Positions 9,186 through 18,528 of a DNA stretch of 64,000 nucleotides are shown in pieces. Position numbers and translations under genes: made by a program. The DNA comes from a virus, in IMG/VR virus record IMGVR_UViG_3300027909_000017, one strand, 5' to 3'. The notes under the pieces are model-generated. The model saw only the letters and a program-made list of their open reading frames with translations. It was not told the origin of the DNA and made no database searches. Numbering within the stretch: position 1 is the first letter of the stretch; each line of letters begins with the position of its first letter.

Positions 9186-9277
9186 GGAAGCGTAGAGATG
9201 CGACCTCTCCGCCAGGCAGAAACTACCGACAATCATGAGCGAGATCAAGCTGAAAACGCGGTCCTGTCGGGTGCCGT

Positions 9278-12037
9278 GTGCTGATCTCCCACTTCGACCA
9301 CGCCAAGGACAACGAGCCGAAACAGGCCGACATCACTTGGGAATTCTTCGCGGCGAACCTGGGACCCCACGACTTCACGCACCAGGTCAAGAAGTTCGTC
9401 CCCTGCTTCTCGCCGGCTGAGTACGACCTCAGCGACCCCGACGTCGTCCGGGACGACGCGTTCGTCCGCCGGCTCTCGCAATTCGTGCTCGACGTCGACG
9501 AGGTGCCGGAGGCGACGTTCCACGCGCTCGTCGGGTACGTGCAGCAGCTCGGCCTCGCGGCCGTCGTGTACTCGACGTGGTCGCACGCCGAGGCGCTCGC
9601 GACGACGGGGCTCTGGAAGTTCCGCGTCGTCGTGCCGCTCGACGTGCCGGTCGACGCCGCGCGCTGGCGCGAGTTCTGGGCGAAGGCGAACTACGGCGTG
9701 TTCAACGGCGTCGGCGACCCGAAGTGCTGCAACGAGAGCCGGCTCTACTTCGGCCCGTTCGCGCCGCCCGGCACCGAGGCGGTGAACTTCTTCTTCGTGA
9801 TCCCGGGCCAGCCGCTCGAGACCGCGCGCGTGTTCTCGCTGCCGCTGCCGGAGGGTGTGTCGCGCACGCGCGACGCGGAGGACGAGCAGAAGTTCCGGAA
9901 CAACACCCAGCAGGCGATCGACCTGCTGGCCGCGGCGTGGCCGCCGCGCCGTCGCCATGAGGCACACCTCGCGCTCGCGGGCGGGCTGCTCGGCTCCGGC
10001 TACCCCGACGACGCCGCGGTAGAGTTCCTGTGCGCGGTCGCGCGCGAGCACGCGGGCAGCGACGAGGAGCGCGACAAGCGCGAGAGCGCCGTCGCGCACA
10101 CGCGCGAGCAGGTCGACACCGGCGGCAACGTCACCGGCTGGACCACGCTCGCGTCGATCATCGGCTACGAGGTCGTGGAGAAGGTCCGCGCGCTGGTCGA
10201 GAAGCCGCCGGACATCTCCGGCGACCAGCTCAAGCGCTACGCGAAGCACTTGCAGCGGACGAAGAACAAGGACGACCTCGGCGACGCGCTAGCGCGCGTG
10301 TGCGAGGGTCGCGTGTTCCCCGAGCCGCTCGCGCTCCGGCTAGCCGCCGAGCTCGGCGCGCGCTTCCCGGAGTACGACCCGAACTCGATCGCGCAGCACT
10401 TCGACCTGTCGATCAAGGCGATGCGCAAGGACGGCGAGGGCGTGTCCGTCGCGCAGGTCGCCGCGCGCGTCAAGCAGCGGCAGGACGAGGTGCGCGTCGC
10501 ACGCGCCGAGGCGCGCAAGGAGATCGAGCAGAAAGAGCAGGCGGTCGCCGGCGACAAGGCGAACCGCATCCGGCAGTCGTTCAACAACGGCCGCTCGCAC
10601 CCGTACACGATCGACGAGCTGCGCCAGTTCCAGCCGGTGATCGGTTCGGGCCACCAGTGGATCTTGCAGAAGGACCGGTCGTTCTACTTCTTCCACTTCG
10701 GCCGCTTCCGCGGACCGTACACGGAGGCCGAGGCGCACAACGCCGCGCTCCGCGAGCTCGCGCCGGCCGCGAGCGCGGGCGTCGAGCTCTACAAGTTCAC
10801 GAAGGACGGCAGCGCCGACTTCAAGTCCATGCGGCAGCTCGTCGCCGAGTACGGCTCGGTCGCGGACGAGCTCCTGATCGACATGCGCGCGCAGGCGACC
10901 AGCTACGACTTCACGACGCGCACCATCGTCGAGGCGCCGTGCCCGCTGCGCCCGATCGCGGCGCGCTACCACGCGGACGTGGACGAGTGGCTCTACCACC
11001 TCGCGGGGCCGGCGTACTGGGAGGACCTGAAGACGTGGCTCGCGATCCTGCCGCGGCTGGATATCGTGCGCGTGGCGCTGTTCCTGACCGGGCGGCGCAG
11101 CCTCGGAAAAAGTTTGCTGGCGCTCGGCTGCTCGCGCCTCTGGACCACGCGCGGGCCCACGTCGCTCAACGCCGCGTTCGGCGCGTTCAACGACATCGTC
11201 GCGAGCTGCCCGCTCTGCTTCGCTGACGAGCAACTGCCCAAGGACTACCGCGGCTACACGATGAACCCGGAGCTCCGGCACCACATCCAGGCGACCGAGC
11301 GCCTGTACAAGCGGAAGTTCCTGCCGAACGGCAAGCTGCTCGGCGTGACGCCGACCATCGTCGCCGCGCACGACCCGTCGATCCTGCGCACGCCCGAGGA
11401 GCTCTCGAACAACGAGATCGAGGGCATCATGGAGCGCTACTTCCACATCCCGGTGCGCGACGAGGCCGGCGACTTCCTCGCGAACCTTCGCCCGACCACG
11501 TTCGAGCGCGGCTGGGTCGAGAACGACGTGATCGCCGAGTTCGTGTGGTGGCTCTACTACAACCACAAGCACGAGCAGCAGGGCCGCTTCTACATCAACC
11601 GGCCGGACCCCGAGAACACGCGCTGGCTCGCGACCTCGACCGGCGCGCGCAGCGCCGTGCTCCGCTGGCTGTGCAGCTACCTGGCCGACCGCATGAAGTT
11701 CGAGGGCGACGCGAACACGCTCATGCACGTGCGCGTGTACCAGGGGCGTCTACTCGTGAACATCAAGGGCTTGCTGCAATTCTGGGACAAGTACGTCGGC
11801 AACGAGAAGTGCCCGACGTCCGGGAAACTCGCGCAGACCATCGGCGAGCTCTCGACCGAGGAGCGCATCCAGCTCCGCGACGGGAAGAACGTCCCGACCA
11901 ACTACCGCGTGATCATCCAGGACAACTTGTTCGCGTGGGCGAAGAACAGCGGCTTCATCACCGAAGAAAAGATTCAGGAGGAATTGTTGATTGATTCCAA
12001 GCAGACGAGCGTCGGCCTCGTGCGCTCGCTTCGCTAG
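9278..12037 (+). CDS. AEP primase-polymerase fused to helicase (NrS-1/DUF5906-like)
   Basis: FVLDVD, YSTWSH, KFRVVVPL, RLYF; C-terminal Walker A GRRSLGKS, Walker B CFADE. Confidence 0.8.
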   Translation: MLISHFDHAKDNEPKQADITWEFFAANLGPHDFTHQVKKFVPCFSPAEYDLSDPDVVRDDAFVRRLSQFVLDVDEVPEATFHALVGYVQQLGLAAVVYSTWSHAEALATTGLWKFRVVVPLDVPVDAARWREFWAKANYGVFNGVGDPKCCNESRLYFGPFAPPGTEAVNFFFVIPGQPLETARVFSLPLPEGVSRTRDAEDEQKFRNNTQQAIDLLAAAWPPRRRHEAHLALAGGLLGSGYPDDAAVEFLCAVAREHAGSDEERDKRESAVAHTREQVDTGGNVTGWTTLASIIGYEVVEKVRALVEKPPDISGDQLKRYAKHLQRTKNKDDLGDALARVCEGRVFPEPLALRLAAELGARFPEYDPNSIAQHFDLSIKAMRKDGEGVSVAQVAARVKQRQDEVRVARAEARKEIEQKEQAVAGDKANRIRQSFNNGRSHPYTIDELRQFQPVIGSGHQWILQKDRSFYFFHFGRFRGPYTEAEAHNAALRELAPAASAGVELYKFTKDGSADFKSMRQLVAEYGSVADELLIDMRAQATSYDFTTRTIVEAPCPLRPIAARYHADVDEWLYHLAGPAYWEDLKTWLAILPRLDIVRVALFLTGRRSLGKSLLALGCSRLWTTRGPTSLNAAFGAFNDIVASCPLCFADEQLPKDYRGYTMNPELRHHIQATERLYKRKFLPNGKLLGVTPTIVAAHDPSILRTPEELSNNEIEGIMERYFHIPVRDEAGDFLANLRPTTFERGWVENDVIAEFVWWLYYNHKHEQQGRFYINRPDPENTRWLATSTGARSAVLRWLCSYLADRMKFEGDANTLMHVRVYQGRLLVNIKGLLQFWDKYVGNEKCPTSGKLAQTIGELSTEERIQLRDGKNVPTNYRVIIQDNLFAWAKNSGFITEEKIQEELLIDSKQTSVGLVRSLR

Positions 12038-12041
12038 AAGG

Positions 12042-12070
12042 TTGACAACGTAAACCAAGAGGCATACAAC
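12042..12070 (+). promoter_or_regulatory. sigma70-type promoter for tmRNA-groES
   Basis: TTGACA-N17-TACAAC. Confidence 0.7.
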
Positions 12071-12086
12071 CGATAACTCGAACAAA

Positions 12087-12430
12087 GGGGCCGAATTAGT
12101 TTCGACGTGGGCAAAGAAGGACATCCTGACCGTGCAGCGTTACCGGACGCCAAAACCGGTCGTGCAACTGCGAACGACAACGCAATCGCTGACGTCGCGA
12201 AAGCGGCGTGAGTCGTCGGCTAGCGAGGAGCTCGAGTAGCGAAAGCCGGCGTCAACCACACGAGCTAGGCGCGTAGTTCTCGGTGCAAGCGCGTTCGAGA
12301 TAAAGCAACCGAGTGGTGGAGGGCACATCGCCCCCGAAGGTCGTCGGCGACCTCAACGCCGGCTACGCACGTGAGCGAGGGACGTCTGGAAGGTTCGCGG
12401 ACCCGGGTGCAATTCCCGGCGGCTCCACCA
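12087..12430 (+). ncRNA. ssrA: tmRNA; tag peptide ANDNAIADVAKAA*
   Basis: 5' GGGGCCG pairs with 3' CGGCTCC-ACCA including G3:U70; T arm CCGGG-TGCAATT-CCCGG; tag ORF 12170-12211 ending AA-stop. Confidence 0.95.
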
Positions 12431-12531
12431 GGTCTGTCGAATGCCTGAAAAAAGTCTGTTTCACGCAAACGATGGTCAGCCGAGCGTGGCCCCGGCTCGT
12501 GACCTGCTACGGGGCTCTTTTGGAGGAGCAC

Positions 12532-12822
12532 ATGAACCTGCGACCGCTACCCGACAAAGTGATCATCAAGCGCCGCGAGGCCCAGGAAAAGACCGAGGGT
12601 GGGATCATCATCCCCGAAGTCGCGCGCGAGAAGCCGCACCAGGGCGAGGTCGTCGCGATCGGCGCGATGCGGCTCGACAACGGTCTCGAGTTCGACCCGG
12701 GTTACGGCGTCGGTGACAAGGTCGTGTTCGAGCTCTACAGCGCACGGGACGTAGAGATCGAAGGGGAGAAGTACGTCAGCGTCCGGAACGACGACGTGCT
12801 CGGGGTCATCGAGAAGTCGTGA
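12532..12822 (+). CDS. groES: co-chaperonin GroES
   Basis: LRPLPDKVIIKR...KTEGGIIIPEVAREKPHQGEVVAIG...VGDKVVF...DDVLGVIE; GGAGGA RBS. Confidence 0.95.
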   Translation: MNLRPLPDKVIIKRREAQEKTEGGIIIPEVAREKPHQGEVVAIGAMRLDNGLEFDPGYGVGDKVVFELYSARDVEIEGEKYVSVRNDDVLGVIEKS

Positions 12823-13013
12823 GCGAGCCGAACTTGATCCAGGCCGCGTTCCGACTTCCGGTCGGTCTGGTCAAGCGCGTCGACCGGCACGCGAAGCGGC
12901 TCAGCGAGCAGACGGGCATGAACGTCACGAGGGCTGACGCGGTGCGCGCGCTCTTGCATTCGGCGCTGCTAGTCGAGGAGCAGAAGACGCCAACGAACGG
13001 GAGGAAGCGGTGA
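12819..13013 (+). CDS. ribbon-helix-helix DNA-binding protein
   Basis: AAFRLPVGLVKRVD...VTRADAVRALL. Confidence 0.65.
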   Translation: MSEPNLIQAAFRLPVGLVKRVDRHAKRLSEQTGMNVTRADAVRALLHSALLVEEQKTPTNGRKR

Positions 13014-13471
13014 AAGAGGAAGCGATGAAAGAAACTCTGAAGAAACTGTCGGGTGGCAAGGAAGTGAAGGTCAAGGAAACGCCTACTTGCTTCTCGAAGC
13101 AGTGGACGGACGAGGAGCGGCTGAAGCTCGTCATCTTGCTCGCCGAGCAGATCCAGAGCGACATCCCCGCGGGGCGTTACGGCGCCGCGCTCGAACCTCA
13201 GATCGACGACGGTGCGCCGGTCGCGTTCCGACCGAACATGCAGTCGATCATCGAGATCATCGCGTCGACCGCCGACGTGCTCGAGGCTCAGCGGCCCGGA
13301 CTCGAGAAGTTCGTGCGTGAGCGGCTCGAGGTGCTCGGTCAGACTGAGGCGGAGTTCTACGGCGTCTCGCTCGCCGAGCAGCGCCTGCGCATCGCGGTCT
13401 GGGAGTCGCTGTTCGGCGACCCGAAGATCGACGAAGCGCTCGCTCCCACCATCGACGCGGACTTCGAATGA
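13010..13471 (+). CDS. hypothetical protein
   Basis: Coupled ORF. Confidence 0.6.
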   Translation: MKEEAMKETLKKLSGGKEVKVKETPTCFSKQWTDEERLKLVILLAEQIQSDIPAGRYGAALEPQIDDGAPVAFRPNMQSIIEIIASTADVLEAQRPGLEKFVRERLEVLGQTEAEFYGVSLAEQRLRIAVWESLFGDPKIDEALAPTIDADFE

Positions 13472-15094
13472 ATGTCTGCGCCCTGGGCACCCGCATCCCC
13501 GATCGTCCCGGTCGCAGAGATCGACCCGGACATCGAGCCGTGGATCAGCGCGACGCAGGTCGACAACTACGAGCTCTGCGGGCGCAAGTGGGGCTTCCGC
13601 TGGCTCGACGGCATCAAGGCGGACCCGAACAAGTTCGCGCAGCTCGGGCTCGACACGCACGGGCCGATGGAGCACTGGCTGAAGTACGGGACCGTGCCGA
13701 CGGGCACGGACAAGGCTTCTCAGCTCGCACAGGCACTCATCCCGTACGTCCCGCCGCCGCAGGCGGTCGACCCGGCCAACGTGGAGCGAGACGAGTTGAT
13801 CGTCGTCGACGACGTGATGTTCGTCGTGAAGGTCGACCTCTACATGCCGCTGGTCGAGTCCGTGCAGCGCGTCTGCGCGCACTGCGGGACGTTCGTCTAC
13901 GACACCGACAGCGGGACGACGTGCTTGAACGGGCACGGCGGCGCGCCGTTCCACGAGGTGCTCGTGCGACGCCCGCGCGTGTACGACCACAAGACGTGCG
14001 GCACCTTCGACTACTGCGTGACCGAGCGCGACATCGAGTTCAACGCGCAGGCGGCGCTCTACGCGCTCTGGGCTTTGATCGTCACCGAGAGCCGGCTCGT
14101 CGACGTGCAGTGGAACTACGCGCGCACGAAGGGTGCGATCAAAGTCCGCCCCGTGCTGAAACCGGTCGACGACCGAATGATCGTGCCGCGCATGGAGAAG
14201 TCCGTGCAGACGGGGCGCGAGATCAAGTGGCATCTGAAGAACACGAAGCGGGCTCTCGACATCATGCCGAACCCGAACGCGTGCGACGAGTACGGCGGCT
14301 GTCCTTACAAGGAACGCTGCGGAATCACAGCTAGACAGAGGATCGGAGCAATCATGAGCGACAACTTCAAGCAAGGTGCACAACAATTCCTGCAAAACTT
14401 CGGCAACGGGCAACCGGGCACGGGCCCGAACGGGCAACCGCTCGTCAACCCGCCGCAGTTCGTTCCACCGGCGGGAGCGCCCCAGTTCGCTCCACCGGCG
14501 GGAGCGCCCCAGTTCGCGCCGCCTGCCGGGGCGCCCCAGTTCGCACCGCCCGCGGGCGCGCCGCAATTCGCGCCGCCAGCGGGAGCGCCGACGCAGTTCT
14601 CCCCGCCGGCCGGTTTCGCGCCGCAAGGTGGACCGCCGCCCACGCCGCAATTCGCGCCACCGCAGATGCCGCCGGCCGCCGCGCCGCAGTTCGCTCCGCC
14701 GCAGGCCGCCCCGGCGCCGCAGTACGCCCCGCAACCCGCGGCCGCGCCGCAACCGCAGTGGCAGGCGCCACAGGGCCAGCAAGCGCCGCCCGCCGCCTGG
14801 CAGGCACCGCAGGCCCCGCCGGCGCAGCAAGCGCCGCCTGCTTGGCAGGCTCCCGCCGCCGCACCCGCCCCGGCGCCGCAGCCGGCACCCGCTCAGCAGT
14901 TCGTGCCACCCGGGACTCCGCAAGCCGAGGCGAAGGAGAAGGGACCGGGCAGGCCGAGCAAGAGCAAGGAGTACGACATGACGGGCGCGTGGCAGCGTTT
15001 CTACGCCGCGGCGATCCCGCTCGTGCAGGGCAACAAGTTGGCGGCCGCGCAGATCGCCGACGACGGCATCTCCGAGCTCAAGGCGAGGCAGTGA
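13472..15094 (+). CDS. PD-(D/E)XK (RecB/Cas4-like) nuclease with long Pro/Gln/Ala-rich C-terminal extension
   Basis: ISATQVDNYELCGRKW, GLDTH, VKVDLY, YDHKT, QAALYA, CDEYGGCPYKERC; possible internal start MSDNF after GGAGC. Confidence 0.7.
   Translation: MSAPWAPASPIVPVAEIDPDIEPWISATQVDNYELCGRKWGFRWLDGIKADPNKFAQLGLDTHGPMEHWLKYGTVPTGTDKASQLAQALIPYVPPPQAVDPANVERDELIVVDDVMFVVKVDLYMPLVESVQRVCAHCGTFVYDTDSGTTCLNGHGGAPFHEVLVRRPRVYDHKTCGTFDYCVTERDIEFNAQAALYALWALIVTESRLVDVQWNYARTKGAIKVRPVLKPVDDRMIVPRMEKSVQTGREIKWHLKNTKRALDIMPNPNACDEYGGCPYKERCGITARQRIGAIMSDNFKQGAQQFLQNFGNGQPGTGPNGQPLVNPPQFVPPAGAPQFAPPAGAPQFAPPAGAPQFAPPAGAPQFAPPAGAPTQFSPPAGFAPQGGPPPTPQFAPPQMPPAAAPQFAPPQAAPAPQYAPQPAAAPQPQWQAPQGQQAPPAAWQAPQAPPAQQAPPAWQAPAAAPAPAPQPAPAQQFVPPGTPQAEAKEKGPGRPSKSKEYDMTGAWQRFYAAAIPLVQGNKLAAAQIADDGISELKARQ
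14453..14587 (+). repeat. five tandem 27-nt units encoding PQF(V/A)PPAGA
   Basis: Units start at 14453, 14480, 14507, 14534, 14561; synonymous codons vary. Confidence 0.9.
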
Positions 15095-15360
15095 TGCACC
15101 CGCAGATGAACTTCAGCGAGGCGCTCGACCACCTCAAGCGTGGCGTGCGCGTCGCACGCGCCGGTTGGAACGGCAAAGGGATGTGGATCATGCACATCCC
15201 TGCCAACAAGTGGAGCACGAGCGTAGGTCCGAACTCGAGCGGCGTGCCGAACGCTCACCGCTTGCCGTGGATCGCGATGAAGACGGCGGACGACGGTCTC
15301 GTGCCGTGGCTCGCGTCGCAGACGGACTTGCTGGCCGAGGACTGGGAAGTCGTCGAGTGA
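15094..15360 (+). CDS. DUF2829 protein, Tad2-like nucleotide-signal sponge
   Basis: MNFSEALDHLKRGVRVARAGWNGKGMWI...LVPWLASQTDLLAEDW. Confidence 0.85.
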   Translation: MHPQMNFSEALDHLKRGVRVARAGWNGKGMWIMHIPANKWSTSVGPNSSGVPNAHRLPWIAMKTADDGLVPWLASQTDLLAEDWEVVE

Positions 15361-17186
15361 TGGAGTTGGGCGAGAAGAAGCGTCGCGCGGTGGACAAGGT
15401 CCCGCCGAGCTCGGACTTGGTGCGGATCGCCAAGTTGCCGAGACGTTTCTACTCGCCCGAGGAGCTCGAGTGGCTGGCTGACGAGATGACCGCGCGCATA
15501 AAAACTCCGAATGGTCAGATGCGCCTGCGCCCGATCCAAGCGCAGGCGCTGTTCGAGCTCGGCACCGTCGGGGGCATGTTCGGGATCCTGCGCGTCGGCG
15601 CGGGTAAGACGCTCATCTCGTTGCTGGCGTCGGTCGCGCTGAAGGCGCAGCGGCCGCTCATCATCGTGCCAGCGAAACTCGAAGAGAAGACGAAGCGCGA
15701 CATGGAAGTGCTCGCGCAGCACTTCCGACTCCCGCCGTGGCAGCGCATCATGACGTACGAGTGGCTCGGTCGCGAGCAGGCGGGGCAAGACGAGGAGACG
15801 GGCCGGCCCGACGCGCTCGACGAGTGGAACCCGGACTTGGTCAGCCTCGACGAGTGTCAGAAGGCGAAGAGCATCGAGGCCGCGGTCACGAAGCGACTGC
15901 GCCGGTTCTTCCGAACGCACAATCAGGCGCGCTGCGCCGCGATGAGCGGCACCGCGACCAAGCGCTCGATCCTCGACTTCGCTCACATCCTCACGTGGTG
16001 CTTGCCGGCGAAGCTCCTGCCGATCCCCACGCACTGGAACGACCTGGAGCTCTGGTCCTTGGCGCTCGACGAGCGCAAGAGCGAGAACATCTACATCGAC
16101 CCCGAGGCGCTCGAGGCGCTCTGCTTCGACCAGGAGGATCTCGAGCTCTGGAGGAACGCCTACTCGCCGCTCGACCGCCGGCAGGCGGCGCGCGTCGTGT
16201 TCCGCAAGCGACTCGTGCAGACGCCCGGCGTCGTCTCGACCGTCGAGTCGCCAATCGACGCGACGCTCACGATCCGCGCGCTGCGCGTCGAGCTCTCGGC
16301 CGACATCGACGCCGCGTTCGCGCACATGCGCCCGAATTGGGAGACGCCGGACGGCTGGTCGATCGCGGACGGCATGGAGATGGCGCGCCACGCACGCGAC
16401 CTCTGCCTGGGCTTCTACCTGCGGTGGGACCCGCGCCCGCCGTTCGAGTGGGTCGAGCCGCGTAAGGCGTGGCACAAGTTCGTTCGAGAGATCTTAAAGC
16501 ACTCGCGCAAACTCGACAGCGAGCTTCCCGTCCGCAAGTGGGCCGCCGCGTGCACGCGCCGCCAGCAGGAGGGCGAGAGGCTCAACGAGCGCGAGCAGGA
16601 AGCGGTCGCGCGCTTGGGAGCGTGGCAAGCTGTGTGCGACACGTTCGTGCCGAACACCGTGCCGGTCTGGATCGACGCGAGCATGCTCGAGTTCGCGGCG
16701 GAGTGGGCGCGGACGCGCGTCGGGATCGTGTGGTGCGAGAACCCGTGCGTCGGCCAGCGGCTCCGCGACGAGTTCGGGCTCGAGTACTACGGGCGCGAGG
16801 GGTTGAACCGCGCCGGGCGACTCATCGACGACCACTCGCCGAAGAAGTCGCTCTGCGCGTCGATCCGGTCGAGCGGCGAGGGTCGGAACCTGCAAGCGTG
16901 GTGCAAGAACCTGACGCTCGATCTTCCCACCAGCGGCGACGTCGCCGAGCAGCTCATCGGGCGCACGCACCGCGACGGGCAGGAAGCCGACGAGGTCGAG
17001 TTCGAGTTCGTCGTGTCGTGCCGCGAGCACGTGGACGCCTACGAGCAGTTGATGAGGGACACGCGCTACATCGAGTCGATCACCGGCTCGCCGCAGAAGG
17101 CGATGCTGGCAGGCCACGACATCGACCCGCGCGTGATGCGCGGCAACGGACCGCGCTGGTGGGCGAACGAGCGGAGGGACGATTGA
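15360..17186 (+). CDS. superfamily 2 (SNF2-like) helicase
   Basis: LRPIQ, VGAGKT, LDECQ, MSGT, QLIGRTHRDGQ. Confidence 0.85.
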   Translation: MELGEKKRRAVDKVPPSSDLVRIAKLPRRFYSPEELEWLADEMTARIKTPNGQMRLRPIQAQALFELGTVGGMFGILRVGAGKTLISLLASVALKAQRPLIIVPAKLEEKTKRDMEVLAQHFRLPPWQRIMTYEWLGREQAGQDEETGRPDALDEWNPDLVSLDECQKAKSIEAAVTKRLRRFFRTHNQARCAAMSGTATKRSILDFAHILTWCLPAKLLPIPTHWNDLELWSLALDERKSENIYIDPEALEALCFDQEDLELWRNAYSPLDRRQAARVVFRKRLVQTPGVVSTVESPIDATLTIRALRVELSADIDAAFAHMRPNWETPDGWSIADGMEMARHARDLCLGFYLRWDPRPPFEWVEPRKAWHKFVREILKHSRKLDSELPVRKWAAACTRRQQEGERLNEREQEAVARLGAWQAVCDTFVPNTVPVWIDASMLEFAAEWARTRVGIVWCENPCVGQRLRDEFGLEYYGREGLNRAGRLIDDHSPKKSLCASIRSSGEGRNLQAWCKNLTLDLPTSGDVAEQLIGRTHRDGQEADEVEFEFVVSCREHVDAYEQLMRDTRYIESITGSPQKAMLAGHDIDPRVMRGNGPRWWANERRDD

Positions 17187-17323
17187 AGGCGAAGTACTGC
17201 GAGCAACCGGACCGGCACGTGCCGCGCATCAAGTGCGGATACCCGCTGCCGTGTCCGCACCACACGGTGTTCGTAGTCGTGTGCACGAAGAAACGTAAGA
17301 AGGCCAAGAAAAAGGAGAAGTAG
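17183..17323 (+). CDS. small Cys/His- and Lys-rich protein
   Basis: TTG start overlapping previous stop. Confidence 0.4.
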   Translation: MKAKYCEQPDRHVPRIKCGYPLPCPHHTVFVVVCTKKRKKAKKKEK

Positions 17324-17326
17324 CAG

Positions 17327-17860
17327 ATGTATAGTTTTGGAAACTTTCAACGGGCCGAGCTCGGGCCGCAGCGGCTGCCGAAGCTCGCTGACGGATTCGA
17401 GGGCGTGCTCCAGATCGTCAAGACGTGGGTGAAGGACGGTCGGCGCGGACCGATGTTCATGTGCGAGTGCATCGTGATGCAGAGCAACCACCCCACGAAC
17501 CCGGTCGGGCAGCGCATCATGTGGAAGCAGGACCTCACCAACAAGAACGTGGCGGACAACGCCATGTTTCAGTGGGCCGCCGCGGTGTTCGGCATCGGCG
17601 GTGAGAACGAGGCGGGACTCAACTGGCTGCGCGCGAGCCTCGGCGACGACAACAGCACCTACCCGCCGAAGCCGGGCCTCTTGAGCCACGCGGTCGGCAA
17701 CGTCCCGCAGAGCGGCATGACGCAGGAGTACAACCTGTTCACGCACGACTTGCAGACGCGGCAACCGCGCTACGTCGCGTGCCGCGCGTTCCAGACGACT
17801 ACGGGCAACAACCGCCAGTTCCTCGCGCACAACTGGGCACCGCTTCAGCAAGCGTCCTGA
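17327..17860 (+). CDS. hypothetical protein, possible ssDNA-binding OB fold
   Basis: Beta-rich; lies among replication genes (inference). Confidence 0.4.
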   Translation: MYSFGNFQRAELGPQRLPKLADGFEGVLQIVKTWVKDGRRGPMFMCECIVMQSNHPTNPVGQRIMWKQDLTNKNVADNAMFQWAAAVFGIGGENEAGLNWLRASLGDDNSTYPPKPGLLSHAVGNVPQSGMTQEYNLFTHDLQTRQPRYVACRAFQTTTGNNRQFLAHNWAPLQQAS

Positions 17861-17874
17861 GAAAGGAAAGAGAG

Positions 17875-18528
17875 ATGCGACAGAAGATCACCCCCATCGA
17901 CGGGGGCAAGAACGATATTCGCCTGATCGTCAGCGACGAAGGATGGTCCGAAGACTCAGGCATCGTCGACGGCGAGCCGATCGACCCGCCGGACGCGACA
18001 GGGGGCTGGCTGCTCGTCGACTTCTGGGTCGAGTACGACGAGGAGCAGCGCACCGAGGAGCGCGACGTCACACCGACTCAGGGAAGCCCGTCGACGAAGA
18101 AGGTCAAGGTCGTCACAACGCGCAAGATCCAACCGCAGCTCCACGCGCTCTGGGTGAAGCCCAAGGCTGAGCTCAAGAAGGCGAAGAAGGGCAGCCGACC
18201 GAAAGCGACTGCGCCGAAGCCAGAGGAGAAGAAGGCGAGCGAGCCGCGAGTCGCGCGACGGCGCACGCGGGGCAAGAAGAAAGAGCTCAAGGTGACGATC
18301 GTCGACAAGCTCGACAAGGACCGCGTCGAGGAATCGCTCTGGGTCGACCAGAACGTGCCGGTCGAGTACATCGCGAAGGTCTGCCCGCACACCAAGGAGA
18401 TGCTCCACGCGACGATCAACGTCGGCGAGGGACGACTGGTGTCCTACGACGACGCGTCGTCGTACACGCCGCTCTGCCACGACTGTCAGAAGACGGCGCA
18501 GGCCGATGGCGCTACCGCAGAAGCTTGA
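17875..18528 (+). CDS. hypothetical protein
   Basis: AAGGAAAG RBS before ATG 17875. Confidence 0.6.
   Translation: MRQKITPIDGGKNDIRLIVSDEGWSEDSGIVDGEPIDPPDATGGWLLVDFWVEYDEEQRTEERDVTPTQGSPSTKKVKVVTTRKIQPQLHALWVKPKAELKKAKKGSRPKATAPKPEEKKASEPRVARRRTRGKKKELKVTIVDKLDKDRVEESLWVDQNVPVEYIAKVCPHTKEMLHATINVGEGRLVSYDDASSYTPLCHDCQKTAQADGATAEA

Larger units (their letters stand above)
8700..9277. promoter_or_regulatory. AT-rich non-coding control region, candidate replication origin
   Basis: Sharp AT enrichment, direct repeats, palindromes and hairpins directly upstream of the primase-helicase. Confidence 0.55.

Noticed and set aside
12087-12430. Host ssrA used as prophage att site
   Set aside because: No integrase or duplicated 3' end seen; phage genes on both sides in the same orientation
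12313-12531. N-terminal extension of GroES (169 aa ORF)
   Set aside because: Overlaps tmRNA; GGAGGA RBS and homology point to ATG 12532
13472-14350. Cas4 / CRISPR adaptation module
   Set aside because: Stand-alone PD-(D/E)XK nuclease among replication genes; no cas1, cas2 or array
12806-14923. Long minus-strand ORFs (also 9245-10249, 18893-20407, 39396-41111 and similar)
   Set aside because: Shadow frames of GC-rich + strand genes; Arg/Ala-rich with no motifs
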